Shown one piece after another: positions 45,311 through 54,670 of a DNA stretch of 64,000 nucleotides (position 1 is the stretch's first letter; each line of letters starts with the position of its first letter). The notes below the pieces were generated by a model. That model was not told the DNA's origin. It made no database searches and saw only the letters and a program-made list of their open reading frames with translations. Both the position numbers and the translations under genes were made by a program. This stretch comes from a virus (lineage: Duplodnaviria > Heunggongvirae > Uroviricota > Caudoviricetes): the IMG/VR virus record IMGVR_UViG_2938709436_000001, positions 27,717 through 91,716 of that record, one strand, 5' to 3'.

Positions 45311-45454
45311 AATGAGCAAACGTACTCTGCGTAAGGCATATCAAAAGGAACTGGCACTGGAACTGCGTGGTAAGAAGCGTAAGACTAAACGTGCTACCGA
45401 AGACGAACTTCTGCAACTGGTAGCCGATGCTGCTGCCCGTGGCACCTACTGAGG
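45311..45454 (+). CDS. Small basic hypothetical protein (47 aa)
   Basis: MSKRTLRKAYQKELALELRGKKRKTKRATEDELLQLVADAAARGTY with RBS AAAGGAGAATATA. Confidence 0.45.
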
Positions 45455-45460
45455 TAACCT

Positions 45461-45892
45461 ATGACTGACGTTATCAATGAAGAAGGACAAACGTTCGTGC
45501 CAATGCCACAGTCAGAGCTTGACACCATTCTGTTTGGTGATCACGAGCAACTGGCCCGTGACTTTGTTGGTCTTGTATTCCCACGACTGATTAATCAGTT
45601 CAGTGAGCAAACCCAATACGAGATCGAAGCAATGCGCCAAATGAAGTCTGGTGCAAAAGACCCGGCTTTCGAAAAGGAATTGAATGCCGCACAGGTTCGC
45701 CTGAAAAAGGCTCTTTCCGAAGAGGTTATGCAAAAGGTTATGTATAAGATGGTTGCACTCCTGAAAGAAGCGCTTGAACCACATGAATTGGCTTATGCGA
45801 TCTACCAGGAACGAATTACCATCAAGATCTCTGGGATTGCCGCCCAGCTTGAAACGGCTTTTGTAGAGGCACTAGGAGAGACTAATCCGTAA
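45461..45892 (+). CDS. Hypothetical protein
   Basis: 143 aa ORF, GAGGTAACCT then ATG. Confidence 0.5.
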   Translation: MTDVINEEGQTFVPMPQSELDTILFGDHEQLARDFVGLVFPRLINQFSEQTQYEIEAMRQMKSGAKDPAFEKELNAAQVRLKKALSEEVMQKVMYKMVALLKEALEPHELAYAIYQERITIKISGIAAQLETAFVEALGETNP

Positions 45893-45904
45893 GGAGGTCT
45901 TCTT

Positions 45905-46459
45905 TTGAAACTAACGCTTGAACAACTCAACAAGATTTTTCCAGTAGGTGCGTCAGCAGGACGAAATGCCAAGTTCATTGATGCACTGAACGACTTGTTT
46001 GAGAAGGGCAGTATCAATACTGTCAAACGTATCGCTGGATTCCTATCCCAGGTTGGTGTGGAATCTGCTGAGTTCCGTTATGTTAAGGAGCTTGGTAACA
46101 ACGCCTACTTTGATAAGTATGACACTGGCCCTATCGCAAAGCGTCTTGGCAACACCCCTGAAAAGGATGGGGATGGGGCTAAGTATAAGGGGAGAGGCCT
46201 GATTCAGGTTACCGGACTTGCAAACTACAAAGCTTGCGGAAAGGCACTTGGTTTAGACCTCGTTAATCACCCAGAACTGCTTGAACAGCCTAAGTATGCA
46301 GTTGCCAGCGCTGGTTGGTATTGGGACATGAGAAACATCAACGCCGCTTGCGATGCTGATGATATCGTTAAGATTACCAAGCTGGTAAACGGTGGCACAA
46401 ACCACCTAGCCGAGCGCACAGCCTATTACAAAAAGGCAAAATCTGTTCTAACCTCGTAA
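45905..46459 (+). CDS. Endolysin, glycoside hydrolase family 19 (chitinase-like)
   Basis: GH19-like core YKGRGLIQVTGLANYKACGKALG ... AGWYWDMRNIN. TTG start after AAGGAGG. Confidence 0.65.
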   Translation: MKLTLEQLNKIFPVGASAGRNAKFIDALNDLFEKGSINTVKRIAGFLSQVGVESAEFRYVKELGNNAYFDKYDTGPIAKRLGNTPEKDGDGAKYKGRGLIQVTGLANYKACGKALGLDLVNHPELLEQPKYAVASAGWYWDMRNINAACDADDIVKITKLVNGGTNHLAERTAYYKKAKSVLTS

Positions 46460-46470
46460 GGAGAACCAAT

Positions 46471-47271
46471 ATGGGAAGAAGCAAAGAGGCTCGTGCAACA
46501 AAACTGAGCGCCCGTCAACAGCAACGTGCTGAACGTCAGGCCGCTAGTCAAGCAAAGCACCACCCGAAATTCGATGAGGAACGTAAAAGCGCACCACCGC
46601 TCGTTGCTCTGAATGAAAAGCAGCAAGATTACCTTCATAAGTTGCAGACATGCAACATTATCATCGCGAAGGGGATCTTCGGAACAGGTAAAACTTATCT
46701 GGCCTCCGCTCATGCTGCCGACTTGCTACGTAGAAACGAACTTGACAAGATCATTGTCGCTCGACCATACGTGCAGACGGGTAAAACCTCCGGCTTCAAA
46801 CCGGGTACTTCACTGGAGAAGCTGTTCCCTTATGTCCGAAATATGCTGGATACCATCCGTAAGCGTATGGGTGACGGGGCGTACTACAACGCGCTGAAGG
46901 ACGGCTTAAATGGGCGTATCGAAGTTCAGGAACTGGAAAGCATCCGTGGTCGTTCATTCGACGAAAAGAGCTTCCTGCTGATCGACGAAGCGCAGCAGAG
47001 CACCCCCGAAGAGATGCTGAGTATCATCACTCGTATCTCCGACAACTGTACTCTTGTGGTTATGGGTGATGCCAGTCAGAAAGACATTCATGGTCAGTCT
47101 GGACTTGAATGGTTGATTGAGTTCACTCAGCGTCACAACCTTGCAGGTGTGGGTTCTGTTTCCTTTGATGACCCGAATGAGGATATCGTTCGTGGTGGTA
47201 TGGTTCGCGACATCGCTCTTGGCCTCATGGCTGACCGTGACGCAAAACTCTATACCCCGATGGCTTCTTAA
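46471..47271 (+). CDS. phoH: PhoH-like ATPase
   Basis: Walker A GIFGTGKTYLA and the PhoH family layout. 266 aa. Confidence 0.8.
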   Translation: MGRSKEARATKLSARQQQRAERQAASQAKHHPKFDEERKSAPPLVALNEKQQDYLHKLQTCNIIIAKGIFGTGKTYLASAHAADLLRRNELDKIIVARPYVQTGKTSGFKPGTSLEKLFPYVRNMLDTIRKRMGDGAYYNALKDGLNGRIEVQELESIRGRSFDEKSFLLIDEAQQSTPEEMLSIITRISDNCTLVVMGDASQKDIHGQSGLEWLIEFTQRHNLAGVGSVSFDDPNEDIVRGGMVRDIALGLMADRDAKLYTPMAS

Positions 47272-47281
47272 CAGGAGGATT

Positions 47282-47914
47282 ATGGCATATTACACTGGGG
47301 TAGGATCTCGCGAAACACCCCCAGAGGTTATCAGCGTCATGGAAGACGCTGCTTTCCGATTAGCAAGACTCGGATTTACGTTGAGAAGCGGGAAAGCCGG
47401 GGGCGCTGATGAGGCATTTCAGGTTGGAATGCAAAAATATTACGAAACTCTTGACAATGGAAAACAAGAAGAGTATCGTACACGCTTGGCAGAGATTTAC
47501 ATACCGTGGGACGGGTTTGCAACAGATAACGATAAGCTTTGGGATTATTGGGACTTTCCTTTGAGTTATGTTGACTATCTGATGCCTGACCAAAAAGCAG
47601 TAAGAGACTCTTTGGTTGAAGAAATTCATCCTAATTTTGAAGCTCTTAAGAAGAAGCGCGGGGCTTTTGCACTGCACTCACGAAATGTGCATCAGGTTTT
47701 AGGAGCAAATCTTCTCGAACCAAGACCTTCTGCCTTCTGTTTGTACTTCGCACTGGAAGACAAACATGGAAATCCTAAAGGTGGCACCGCAACAGCGGTG
47801 AATCTCGCTAAAAAGTACGGCGTGAGAACGCTTAACCTAAACACTCCGGAGCGCTTGGCCTTACTTGAGCAGTTCCTGACTAATCTTGAGAGGAAACGAG
47901 GTGTCCAGGTTTAG
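47282..47914 (+). CDS. SLOG-fold protein (DprA/Smf-like Rossmann domain)
   Basis: TGVGSRETP ... RSGKAGGADEAF resembles the DprA GxGSR / SGGARGIDAAAH motifs. Start after CAGGAGGATT. Confidence 0.4.
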   Translation: MAYYTGVGSRETPPEVISVMEDAAFRLARLGFTLRSGKAGGADEAFQVGMQKYYETLDNGKQEEYRTRLAEIYIPWDGFATDNDKLWDYWDFPLSYVDYLMPDQKAVRDSLVEEIHPNFEALKKKRGAFALHSRNVHQVLGANLLEPRPSAFCLYFALEDKHGNPKGGTATAVNLAKKYGVRTLNLNTPERLALLEQFLTNLERKRGVQV

Positions 47915-48209
47915 AGATAAGCTGAATCAGTCTTATTGTCTTGTAAAATATGACAAAAAGGGCTGGGTTTTGGCTAAAAAGACAGGTAAACGGATTTATG
48001 TCACTGAAAGCAATGGTGAAATTCGTTATGTCTGCACCACAGACGATACGGATCAGTTCAAACATCTTACCGAGTCCTTGGAATATGAGTCAAGGAAGAC
48101 CCTTGTGGTGGGTGATATCGTAAGATTGGACAATTTTGGTCCTTATCATGTGGTAGATTCCGGTTACCGTGGGGATGACGGTGAAGTGAAATATCTGATA
48201 GCTCGATAG
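47886..48209 (+). CDS. Hypothetical protein
   Basis: 107 aa ORF. Confidence 0.45.
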   Translation: MRGNEVSRFRDKLNQSYCLVKYDKKGWVLAKKTGKRIYVTESNGEIRYVCTTDDTDQFKHLTESLEYESRKTLVVGDIVRLDNFGPYHVVDSGYRGDDGEVKYLIAR

Positions 48210-48216
48210 GAGGAGT

Positions 48217-48699
48217 ATGACAGTTAGTATTCATGGGGTTATCTCCCATCGAAAACTGATGGAGTTGAAGAATTGTGGGGTAGTTTCTCCAGGGCTGTTT
48301 GATGCTGAAGCGGAAAGCCTCTTCAATTTTTATCGCAAGGTAGTGGCTCAGTCTCTGTATGAGATGAACGATGGGTTCTTTACCCGGATGATTTACAGTC
48401 CAGCCGCAGCAGAACGTGATGCACTGTGGATGTTCCCGGATCGTCGTGATTTGCTTAATCACCTGATCTATCTGGATGGTAAATCCAAATATGTGACTGT
48501 CGAGAAAGAAGAACTTGACAAGTTCACTATGCTGCACACCGCAGCCGTAGCCTCTGAAAGGGCGAGAAAAGTTCTCGTGACATTCAAGTACAGCGATCAG
48601 GTACTTGTCGATGACGAAACAGGGTATTACATCGACTGGCTGATGAGGAATGCTTACATTCTGAAAGGCTATATTGCAAACGCTCGTGAGGAGGATTAA
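48217..48699 (+). CDS. Hypothetical protein
   Basis: 160 aa ORF with GGAGGAGT RBS. Confidence 0.5.
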   Translation: MTVSIHGVISHRKLMELKNCGVVSPGLFDAEAESLFNFYRKVVAQSLYEMNDGFFTRMIYSPAAAERDALWMFPDRRDLLNHLIYLDGKSKYVTVEKEELDKFTMLHTAAVASERARKVLVTFKYSDQVLVDDETGYYIDWLMRNAYILKGYIANAREED

Positions 48700-48700
48700 T

Positions 48701-49633
48701 ATGGAACATAACAAGAACTTTTTCGGTATGATGCCGGGTATGCACGGGAATATCTACAGCTACCCTGTTCACTCTCACGATCATGTCATCTACATTGATG
48801 ACCTGTCATGGTTGGAAGACCATCAGGACCGTTTGCAGGTAATCCGTCAGGCATCCCCTGATGACACCATTCGTGTGGTGATCAACAGCCCTGGTGGTGT
48901 AGTTTCCATCGCTATGGCCTACGTAAGCGCCATTCGTGAAAGCCAAGCGTCTATCGTGACACACGCAGAGGGTAATGTTTGCTCTGCTGGTACTGTTCTG
49001 TGGCTGGCTTGTAAGGATCGTACAGTGTCCCCGCTGACAGAGTTTATGTTCCACAACTATCAGGGCGGAACATATGGTGATGGTGCAAACATGTACGCAC
49101 AGATTGCCTTTGAGAAGCACTATTTTGATCGTCTGATCGATACCTTCTACAGTGGTGTTCTGACAGAAACGGAGATCGCCACAATCAAAGGCGGTGGACA
49201 GGTCTGGATGGACGAGGTGGAGATCGTGAAACGCACCCCGGCAGTTCTGCTTGATGAGCGAAACATCAAACGTATGCAGGAAGGCCAACGCCCAATCATC
49301 TCCGGTGAGAAGGCAAAGGAGCCGAAAGACAAAACTGTGATTGAGAATGTTGATCTGGATAATCTTCCGGAAGGAACCCCAGAGAGCATCTTCCTGAAAA
49401 TCGAAGTTGAAGGAGAGGTATTCAAATTCGACGTATCGACACTTCAGGCGAAGGACTTCGACCCATTCAATGTGGCAGAACTGCAAACCATCTACTCCCA
49501 GATTGGTGCAATGGCTATCGGGGCAGAAGATCCTCTGGTTGTCAACGTTCGTAATCGTCAAGAACTGATTGATGCTATTCTGGCAGCTTCAGAGGAGATT
49601 ATGGCTGACGTACTGGAGAGAATGGGGAACTAA
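48701..49633 (+). CDS. ClpP-family (S14) serine protease homologue
   Basis: VVINSPGGVV and GNVCSAGTVL (Ser nucleophile in the GxSxG-like context), then H/D downstream. RBS GAGGAGGATTAAT. Confidence 0.6.
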   Translation: MEHNKNFFGMMPGMHGNIYSYPVHSHDHVIYIDDLSWLEDHQDRLQVIRQASPDDTIRVVINSPGGVVSIAMAYVSAIRESQASIVTHAEGNVCSAGTVLWLACKDRTVSPLTEFMFHNYQGGTYGDGANMYAQIAFEKHYFDRLIDTFYSGVLTETEIATIKGGGQVWMDEVEIVKRTPAVLLDERNIKRMQEGQRPIISGEKAKEPKDKTVIENVDLDNLPEGTPESIFLKIEVEGEVFKFDVSTLQAKDFDPFNVAELQTIYSQIGAMAIGAEDPLVVNVRNRQELIDAILAASEEIMADVLERMGN

Positions 49634-50313
49634 TGTCTGCGCCTTTGAAGAAGAAGGGAGAACGTAGGGATTATGACGTGTATGAGACACCAGAATGGGC
49701 TGTGACGGCCCTTTTGGATGTTATCCCTATCAACCCACACTGGAAATATTTAGAGCCTTGTAGAGCGTCTGGTAGATTCTACAACCATATGCCGATTGGC
49801 TCTGCTTGGGGTGAGATTCGTCATGGCGTGGATTATCTGAATACCGAGTACAACCATGTTGACTGTATCATCACAAACCCACCATATTCTTTAGCTCAGG
49901 CATTCGTTGCCAAGGCTCTTGAAGATGCTGATGTTGTGATTATGTTACTCCGTCTTGGTTTTCTGGAAAGTCAGACAAGAAACGAATGGTGGCAGAGCAA
50001 TAAGCCAACCAGCTTGATGGTCTTATCTCAGAGACCTTCATTCACAGATGACGGTAAGACAGACGGTTCAGGTTACGCCTATTTTGTCTGGGACAAGAAG
50101 AACAGACTGAACCTGGAACCATTTTACTTCCTGGAGGGACAGAGCGATGAGTGTCGCAAACAAGATGCGAGAGATCGCAAACAACGCAGAAAAGCAAACG
50201 CCGCCAGAAATGAAAGACATCTTCGACCAGATAGTGAGCGGGATAGCTCAGTGTGCAAGGAAGGGGATGTTCGGGATGGGACTCTCAATGGACTTCCCGG
50301 TGGAGATGAGTGA
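49633..50313 (+). CDS. DNA N6-adenine methyltransferase
   Basis: Motif I YLEPCRASGRFY and motif IV CIITNPPY. The 3' terminal ~55 codons overlap a convincing ORF in another frame, so a frameshift or true gene overlap is possible. Confidence 0.6.
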   Translation: MSAPLKKKGERRDYDVYETPEWAVTALLDVIPINPHWKYLEPCRASGRFYNHMPIGSAWGEIRHGVDYLNTEYNHVDCIITNPPYSLAQAFVAKALEDADVVIMLLRLGFLESQTRNEWWQSNKPTSLMVLSQRPSFTDDGKTDGSGYAYFVWDKKNRLNLEPFYFLEGQSDECRKQDARDRKQRRKANAARNERHLRPDSERDSSVCKEGDVRDGTLNGLPGGDE

Positions 50314-50425
50314 TTACCTGCCTCATATTGTTGGGGATCTTCGTAATGGAGGTTTCACAGTTGACATCATCAGCTACCAACCGACAGTGCAAGGTACTTC
50401 AATAAACTTTTTCGTTACCTGGTAA
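50147..50425 (+). CDS. Hypothetical protein (overlaps the 3' end of the methyltransferase ORF)
   Basis: GGAGGGACAGAGCG then ATG. The translation MSVANKMREIANNAEKQTPPEMKDIFDQIVSGIA... is protein-like. Confidence 0.5.
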   Translation: MSVANKMREIANNAEKQTPPEMKDIFDQIVSGIAQCARKGMFGMGLSMDFPVEMSDYLPHIVGDLRNGGFTVDIISYQPTVQGTSINFFVTW

Positions 50426-50428
50426 AAT

Positions 50429-50457
50429 TAACCCGCTTCGGCGGGTTTTTTCGTTTT
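50429..50457 (+). terminator. Rho-independent terminator
   Basis: aacccgcttcggcgggtt followed by ttttcgttttt. Confidence 0.7.
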
Positions 50458-50462
50458 TGTGC

Positions 50463-50491
50463 TTGACATCTGTTTGGTGAGCCATTATTCT
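50463..50491 (+). promoter_or_regulatory. Sigma70 promoter
   Basis: TTGACA - 17 nt - TATTCT, immediately after a terminator. Confidence 0.55.
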
Positions 50492-50512
50492 CTACTCAAC
50501 AAAGGAGAACAC

Positions 50513-50788
50513 ATGAAATTTTTCATATACTATCGACCTCTGGAGAGCATTCGCTTCAAAGAGTACATGGGCGACTTGATCCATATCTCCACCGAAGAGA
50601 AAGAATACTCACCTGACGGAAAGGAATGGAAAATTAGACGTTGCAATCGTCCTGAGCATGTGTATACTCGTTTAGTAAAGATGCTGGCACACGGTGGGAT
50701 GGAGAGTGATATGGTTTACCCTCTTGACGGCAAACGGTCAGTAAAAGACCTTGTTAACTACATGAATAAATGGGAGAACAAACAATGA
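50513..50788 (+). CDS. Hypothetical protein
   Basis: AAAGGAGAACAC then ATG. 91 aa. Confidence 0.5.
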   Translation: MKFFIYYRPLESIRFKEYMGDLIHISTEEKEYSPDGKEWKIRRCNRPEHVYTRLVKMLAHGGMESDMVYPLDGKRSVKDLVNYMNKWENKQ

Positions 50789-51174
50789 GTGAACTCAACG
50801 CGCGCGAAAAGCTGTTAGCGATTGCTGACTGGTTGGGCTGGCAGAATGAAGACCTGTCTTTCGGATTGAAGTCCCCAGAAGATGCAGTGAAGCTGTACAA
50901 CTACTGGCAGGAACGTGCAGACACCCTGCCTGAAATGGCAGATGAGGTAGAGGACGACGAAGGTCGTTATGTATTCATGTTCCGTAAACATGCTTTGGGC
51001 TATGATCCTCTGGGACAGGATGTTGCGATCCTCGCAAGTCTCGCACGAGACAAGTATGAAGAGAACAACGAAACACCGTGCTGTGATTTCGATGGACTGC
51101 GCAAACACGTTCGTACAATGTACATGAACGATGCTGAGTGGAAACTGCAAAAGGAGTATGGTCTTGTTCGATGA
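50785..51174 (+). CDS. Hypothetical protein
   Basis: Start MSELNAREKLL overlapping the upstream stop. Confidence 0.5.
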   Translation: MSELNAREKLLAIADWLGWQNEDLSFGLKSPEDAVKLYNYWQERADTLPEMADEVEDDEGRYVFMFRKHALGYDPLGQDVAILASLARDKYEENNETPCCDFDGLRKHVRTMYMNDAEWKLQKEYGLVR

Positions 51175-51316
51175 AAAATTTGAAGCGTGGTTCAATGAGA
51201 ACTACCCGCATGTGACTGATCCGATCACCCGTGCCATTGCTCACTGTGCGTGGGATGCACGTTGGGAGCTTCTTGTTGAAGAGTTCCGTGAAGTACACGG
51301 GGAGAAGAGTAAATGA
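51161..51316 (+). CDS. Hypothetical small protein
   Basis: Short ORF in a polycistronic arrangement. Start uncertain. Confidence 0.3.
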   Translation, partial: VLFDEKFEAWFNENYPHVTDPITRAIAHCAWDARWELLVEEFREVHGEKSK

Positions 51317-51846
51317 CAGAACCAGTTGTCCGTAATAGGATTCGTGAACTCCAGGTGTTCCGTGTGAACCCTGGTCAACACAGTGTTGAGTCACATATCT
51401 GCTGGCTTGAGCGCGGTGCCTATTTCTTCGATGCAGCCTACCAGCGCCCGTATGTGTGGAAAAAGAAGGAGCAGCAACAATTCCTGAAGACACTTGTGTC
51501 TGGGTTCCCGCTTGGTAATGTGGCTATTGCCAAACATGATGATTGGGATCGTCGAGATGGGCCGTGGCTTGAGGTTGTTGACGGAAAACAGCGTCTGACC
51601 ACCATCAACCTGTTCATCACTGATGAAATCCCGTTTATTTTACCAGATGGAAAGCGACTGTACTGGTCTGATATGACCCGTGGGGAACAATTAGCATTTG
51701 GCAACCCGTTCTTACCTGTGTTAACATTAGAACAGGCAACGGATCGGCAGATCCTTGACTATTTCATCGCTGTAAACTTTTCTGGTTTGCCACAAAGTAA
51801 CGCACACAAACAGGCAGTTCTTAAAATGAGAGGAGAAATACAATGA
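51313..51846 (+). CDS. DUF262 / ParB-like nuclease (ParB/Srx fold) domain protein
   Basis: YQRPYVW ... LVSGFPLG ... VVDGKQRLTTI match the DUF262 (GmrSD N-terminal domain) signature. Confidence 0.55.
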   Translation: MTEPVVRNRIRELQVFRVNPGQHSVESHICWLERGAYFFDAAYQRPYVWKKKEQQQFLKTLVSGFPLGNVAIAKHDDWDRRDGPWLEVVDGKQRLTTINLFITDEIPFILPDGKRLYWSDMTRGEQLAFGNPFLPVLTLEQATDRQILDYFIAVNFSGLPQSNAHKQAVLKMRGEIQ

Positions 51847-52154
51847 CCAATAAAACTTATACCGTTGTAAAAGACCAGTGCCATGAAAACATGGGTACAC
51901 CATCCACCGTGGGTCAGACAGTAACCACAATCGTAGCAATTCCTGCGGGTACACCTGTTGGTGTCTACGACTATGATAAGCTCTGCGGCACATCTCACGT
52001 TCGTCGGGATGTTTTCTTGACCCTTGGTGGAACATCACGTATTGCCAACAACTTCGGTGAGGTCGTGGATCGTACATTCGTTGTGCGTATTGACGGAACC
52101 TTGTACGAAGGTAACGATGTGTACACCGCAGAAGAACTGGGGATCACAGAATGA
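51843..52154 (+). CDS. Hypothetical protein
   Basis: 103 aa ORF. Confidence 0.45.
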   Translation: MTNKTYTVVKDQCHENMGTPSTVGQTVTTIVAIPAGTPVGVYDYDKLCGTSHVRRDVFLTLGGTSRIANNFGEVVDRTFVVRIDGTLYEGNDVYTAEELGITE

Positions 52155-52417
52155 AAGTGACCGCTTTCATCCGTTACGACATGTATCCGTACTACATCGT
52201 TCTTGAGGGAGATCTCCAGGAGAACTTTGATGTCAAAACGGCTTGTGGTGCTTATCACCACCGGAATGTGCTTTGCGTGAAGCCATTCTCAGAGCTAAAA
52301 GAGCACGAAGACAACCATAAAAAGATCTGTCGTGAATATAAACGACTTGAATCTGAATTAAGGGTTGACTTGTTGAAGAAGAACGGTATAAACTTCATCA
52401 ACACAAACAACGTATAG
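52151..52417 (+). CDS. Hypothetical protein
   Basis: 88 aa ORF. Confidence 0.45.
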   Translation: MKVTAFIRYDMYPYYIVLEGDLQENFDVKTACGAYHHRNVLCVKPFSELKEHEDNHKKICREYKRLESELRVDLLKKNGINFINTNNV

Positions 52418-52426
52418 GAGAAAGGA

Positions 52427-53680
52427 ATGAAGGTATATTTGGTAGGCGGCGCTGTGCGTGATGGTTTGCTTGGTCGTGAAGTTCATGACCGTGACTACGT
52501 GGTTGTGGGTGCAACGCACGAAGAAATGATCAATAAAGGTTTCACCCAGGTTGGCGCTGCTTTTCCAGTATACCTGCATCCTGAAACCAACGAAGAGTAT
52601 GCTCTCGCCCGTACTGAGCGTAAGACTGGTAACGGTCATACTGACTTCGAGACATTCTTCAGCCCCGATGTGACACTGGTGGAGGATCTGTCTCGTCGTG
52701 ACCTGACGATCAACGCTATGGCTCAAGACCTTGAGACAGGTGAGATCATTGACCCGTTTGGTGGTCAGTACGATATCGAAAAGAAAATCCTGCGTCATAC
52801 AACGCTGGCATTCCTTGACGATCCGCTGCGTATCCTGCGTGTCTACCGCTTTAAAGCCCAATTGGGTAAAGAGTGGGAAATCCATGCAGATACTAAAGCC
52901 CTGTGCTTCAATAACCGTTATGGTCTGTCACACATCAGTGGTGAGCGCAAGTGGAAAGAAATGGAGAAGGCTCTGGCCTCTGATAACTTCCGGGCCTACG
53001 CTGAGGCAATGGCAGAGCTTGGTGAATTGCCTGAGCTTGATGCCCTCCGTGGTGTAGCACAACCACCGGAACACCACCCGGAAGGGGATGCTTTCGTTCA
53101 CACACTGCTGTGTCTTGATGTGGCAGATATTTACGAGGCAAATCCGTACACCAAGTTCGCTGTGTTGTGTCACGACTTCGGTAAAGCTCTGACTTTCCGT
53201 AAGTATGGTAATCTGATCGGTCACGAAGAAGAAGGCCTTGAGCCAGTACGTGAGTTGTGCGAGCGTATCCGTGTTCCTAACGACTTCCGTGATGTGGCTC
53301 TGTATGTGACTGAGCACCACACGCGTGTACACTGCATTGCTCCTCGTGGAGGCAACAAAGGTGCAAAACCCCGCTCACTGATGAAGCTGTTTGAAGCCGC
53401 AGGCAACGTGGCAAGCGCGAAAACCGCTATGAAGGTCTCTGCTCTGGCTGATGCTTGTTTCTGTGATGCGAAGGGTCGTGGCCCAACCAAAATGGCAGAG
53501 CCATACCCACAGGGTTACGTGCTGATGGATGCTTTCCGTTGCATGAAGGCAGTTGACACAAAAGTGATCTCTGCGGAGTGCCTTGAGAAAGGTAAGAGCG
53601 GTATCGAAATCGGTGAGGCTATTCGTGTAGCGCGTATTGACGCTATCCGTAAGATTACTCAGCGTGAAATTAATTGGTAG
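52427..53680 (+). CDS. cca: CCA-adding tRNA nucleotidyltransferase (class II, with HD domain)
   Basis: MKVYLVGGAVRDGLLGREVHDRDYVVVGA head motif and an HD-domain segment HDFGKALT. 417 aa. Confidence 0.85.
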   Translation: MKVYLVGGAVRDGLLGREVHDRDYVVVGATHEEMINKGFTQVGAAFPVYLHPETNEEYALARTERKTGNGHTDFETFFSPDVTLVEDLSRRDLTINAMAQDLETGEIIDPFGGQYDIEKKILRHTTLAFLDDPLRILRVYRFKAQLGKEWEIHADTKALCFNNRYGLSHISGERKWKEMEKALASDNFRAYAEAMAELGELPELDALRGVAQPPEHHPEGDAFVHTLLCLDVADIYEANPYTKFAVLCHDFGKALTFRKYGNLIGHEEEGLEPVRELCERIRVPNDFRDVALYVTEHHTRVHCIAPRGGNKGAKPRSLMKLFEAAGNVASAKTAMKVSALADACFCDAKGRGPTKMAEPYPQGYVLMDAFRCMKAVDTKVISAECLEKGKSGIEIGEAIRVARIDAIRKITQREINW

Positions 53681-53688
53681 GAGAAACT

Positions 53689-54150
53689 ATGACCCTTGTT
53701 GATTTACCAAAACCAAATGGTAAGACGGTGCAGGAGAAGTATGAATATGCTAAGTTCCTGATGTTGTGCAAGGAACCTACGCTGGAACTTCTGCGCTTCC
53801 TTGAAAGGGAGAAAGACAATTTCACGTACCGTCATCTGATGGATGGGGCTTATACTTTTAGCTATGACCTTGTGTGGAGCAAAGGTCTGCTTTTTGATAA
53901 TCTTTCGCGTCAGGACACTACCTACCCACACTATGGTGTTGGCGGATATGTAAGCAATGTTACCAGCAGGTACTACGGCTTCTCGTGGGCTAACCCTTAT
54001 GAGGCCGCTTTGCTGGAAAAAGCTGTTGACAACATTATTTTGTGGTCGGAAGAGCGTACAAGACTGGCAGAGATCCAGAGGGAAATGGATATTCAAAATG
54101 CTCATCGAACCCGTATCAAAGAGTGGCTGAACAACCATGAAGAAAGCTGA
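53689..54150 (+). CDS. Hypothetical protein
   Basis: Start MTLVDLPKPNGKT after GGAGAAACT. Confidence 0.5.
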   Translation: MTLVDLPKPNGKTVQEKYEYAKFLMLCKEPTLELLRFLEREKDNFTYRHLMDGAYTFSYDLVWSKGLLFDNLSRQDTTYPHYGVGGYVSNVTSRYYGFSWANPYEAALLEKAVDNIILWSEERTRLAEIQREMDIQNAHRTRIKEWLNNHEES

Positions 54151-54343
54151 CAAAGAAGAGTACACATACGAGAAACACCATTTCTATGCAGACAAACACG
54201 CAGGGAAGCAAGTCTGTGCATGGTGTGGTCTCGTCGCCTTGAGAAACAGGGCGAGCGACTGGTGCGTTGACAAAGGGTGCAACTACAAACTGCACCCCTC
54301 TTATCGCAGCGCAATGTACAAGTTCACACAATTCTTTAAATAA
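54137..54343 (+). CDS. Small zinc-ribbon protein
   Basis: CAWCG ... CNYKLH cysteine pairs. 68 aa. Confidence 0.4.
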   Translation: MKKADKEEYTYEKHHFYADKHAGKQVCAWCGLVALRNRASDWCVDKGCNYKLHPSYRSAMYKFTQFFK

Positions 54344-54352
54344 GGAGAAATT

Positions 54353-54670
54353 ATGATTTGGTGGATGAATGAGATCGTCAGACCATACATCTTTTTCCTG
54401 GATGAGTGGTTCTGGTGGATAACTCTTGCTGTGTTGCTGGTCTCTTCTGGATTGATAGGTAAATTCTTTCATCCTAAGAGTTTCGATAGCTGGGAGGACT
54501 ATTTCTGGCCCGTCTTGGCTATAACCCTAATGACCTTGCTTTTCCCAATAAGCTCGGTTTTAATTTTGGTGGCTGCACCAGTTGTAACATTCATTCTGGC
54601 GATAGCCGGGATAGGTGGTGCGATTTTCTGGGCTGTACAAAACAATTTTTGGATTAAAAAGGAGAGATGA
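54353..54670 (+). CDS. Membrane protein
   Basis: Three predicted TM helices. Confidence 0.5.
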   Translation: MIWWMNEIVRPYIFFLDEWFWWITLAVLLVSSGLIGKFFHPKSFDSWEDYFWPVLAITLMTLLFPISSVLILVAAPVVTFILAIAGIGGAIFWAVQNNFWIKKER

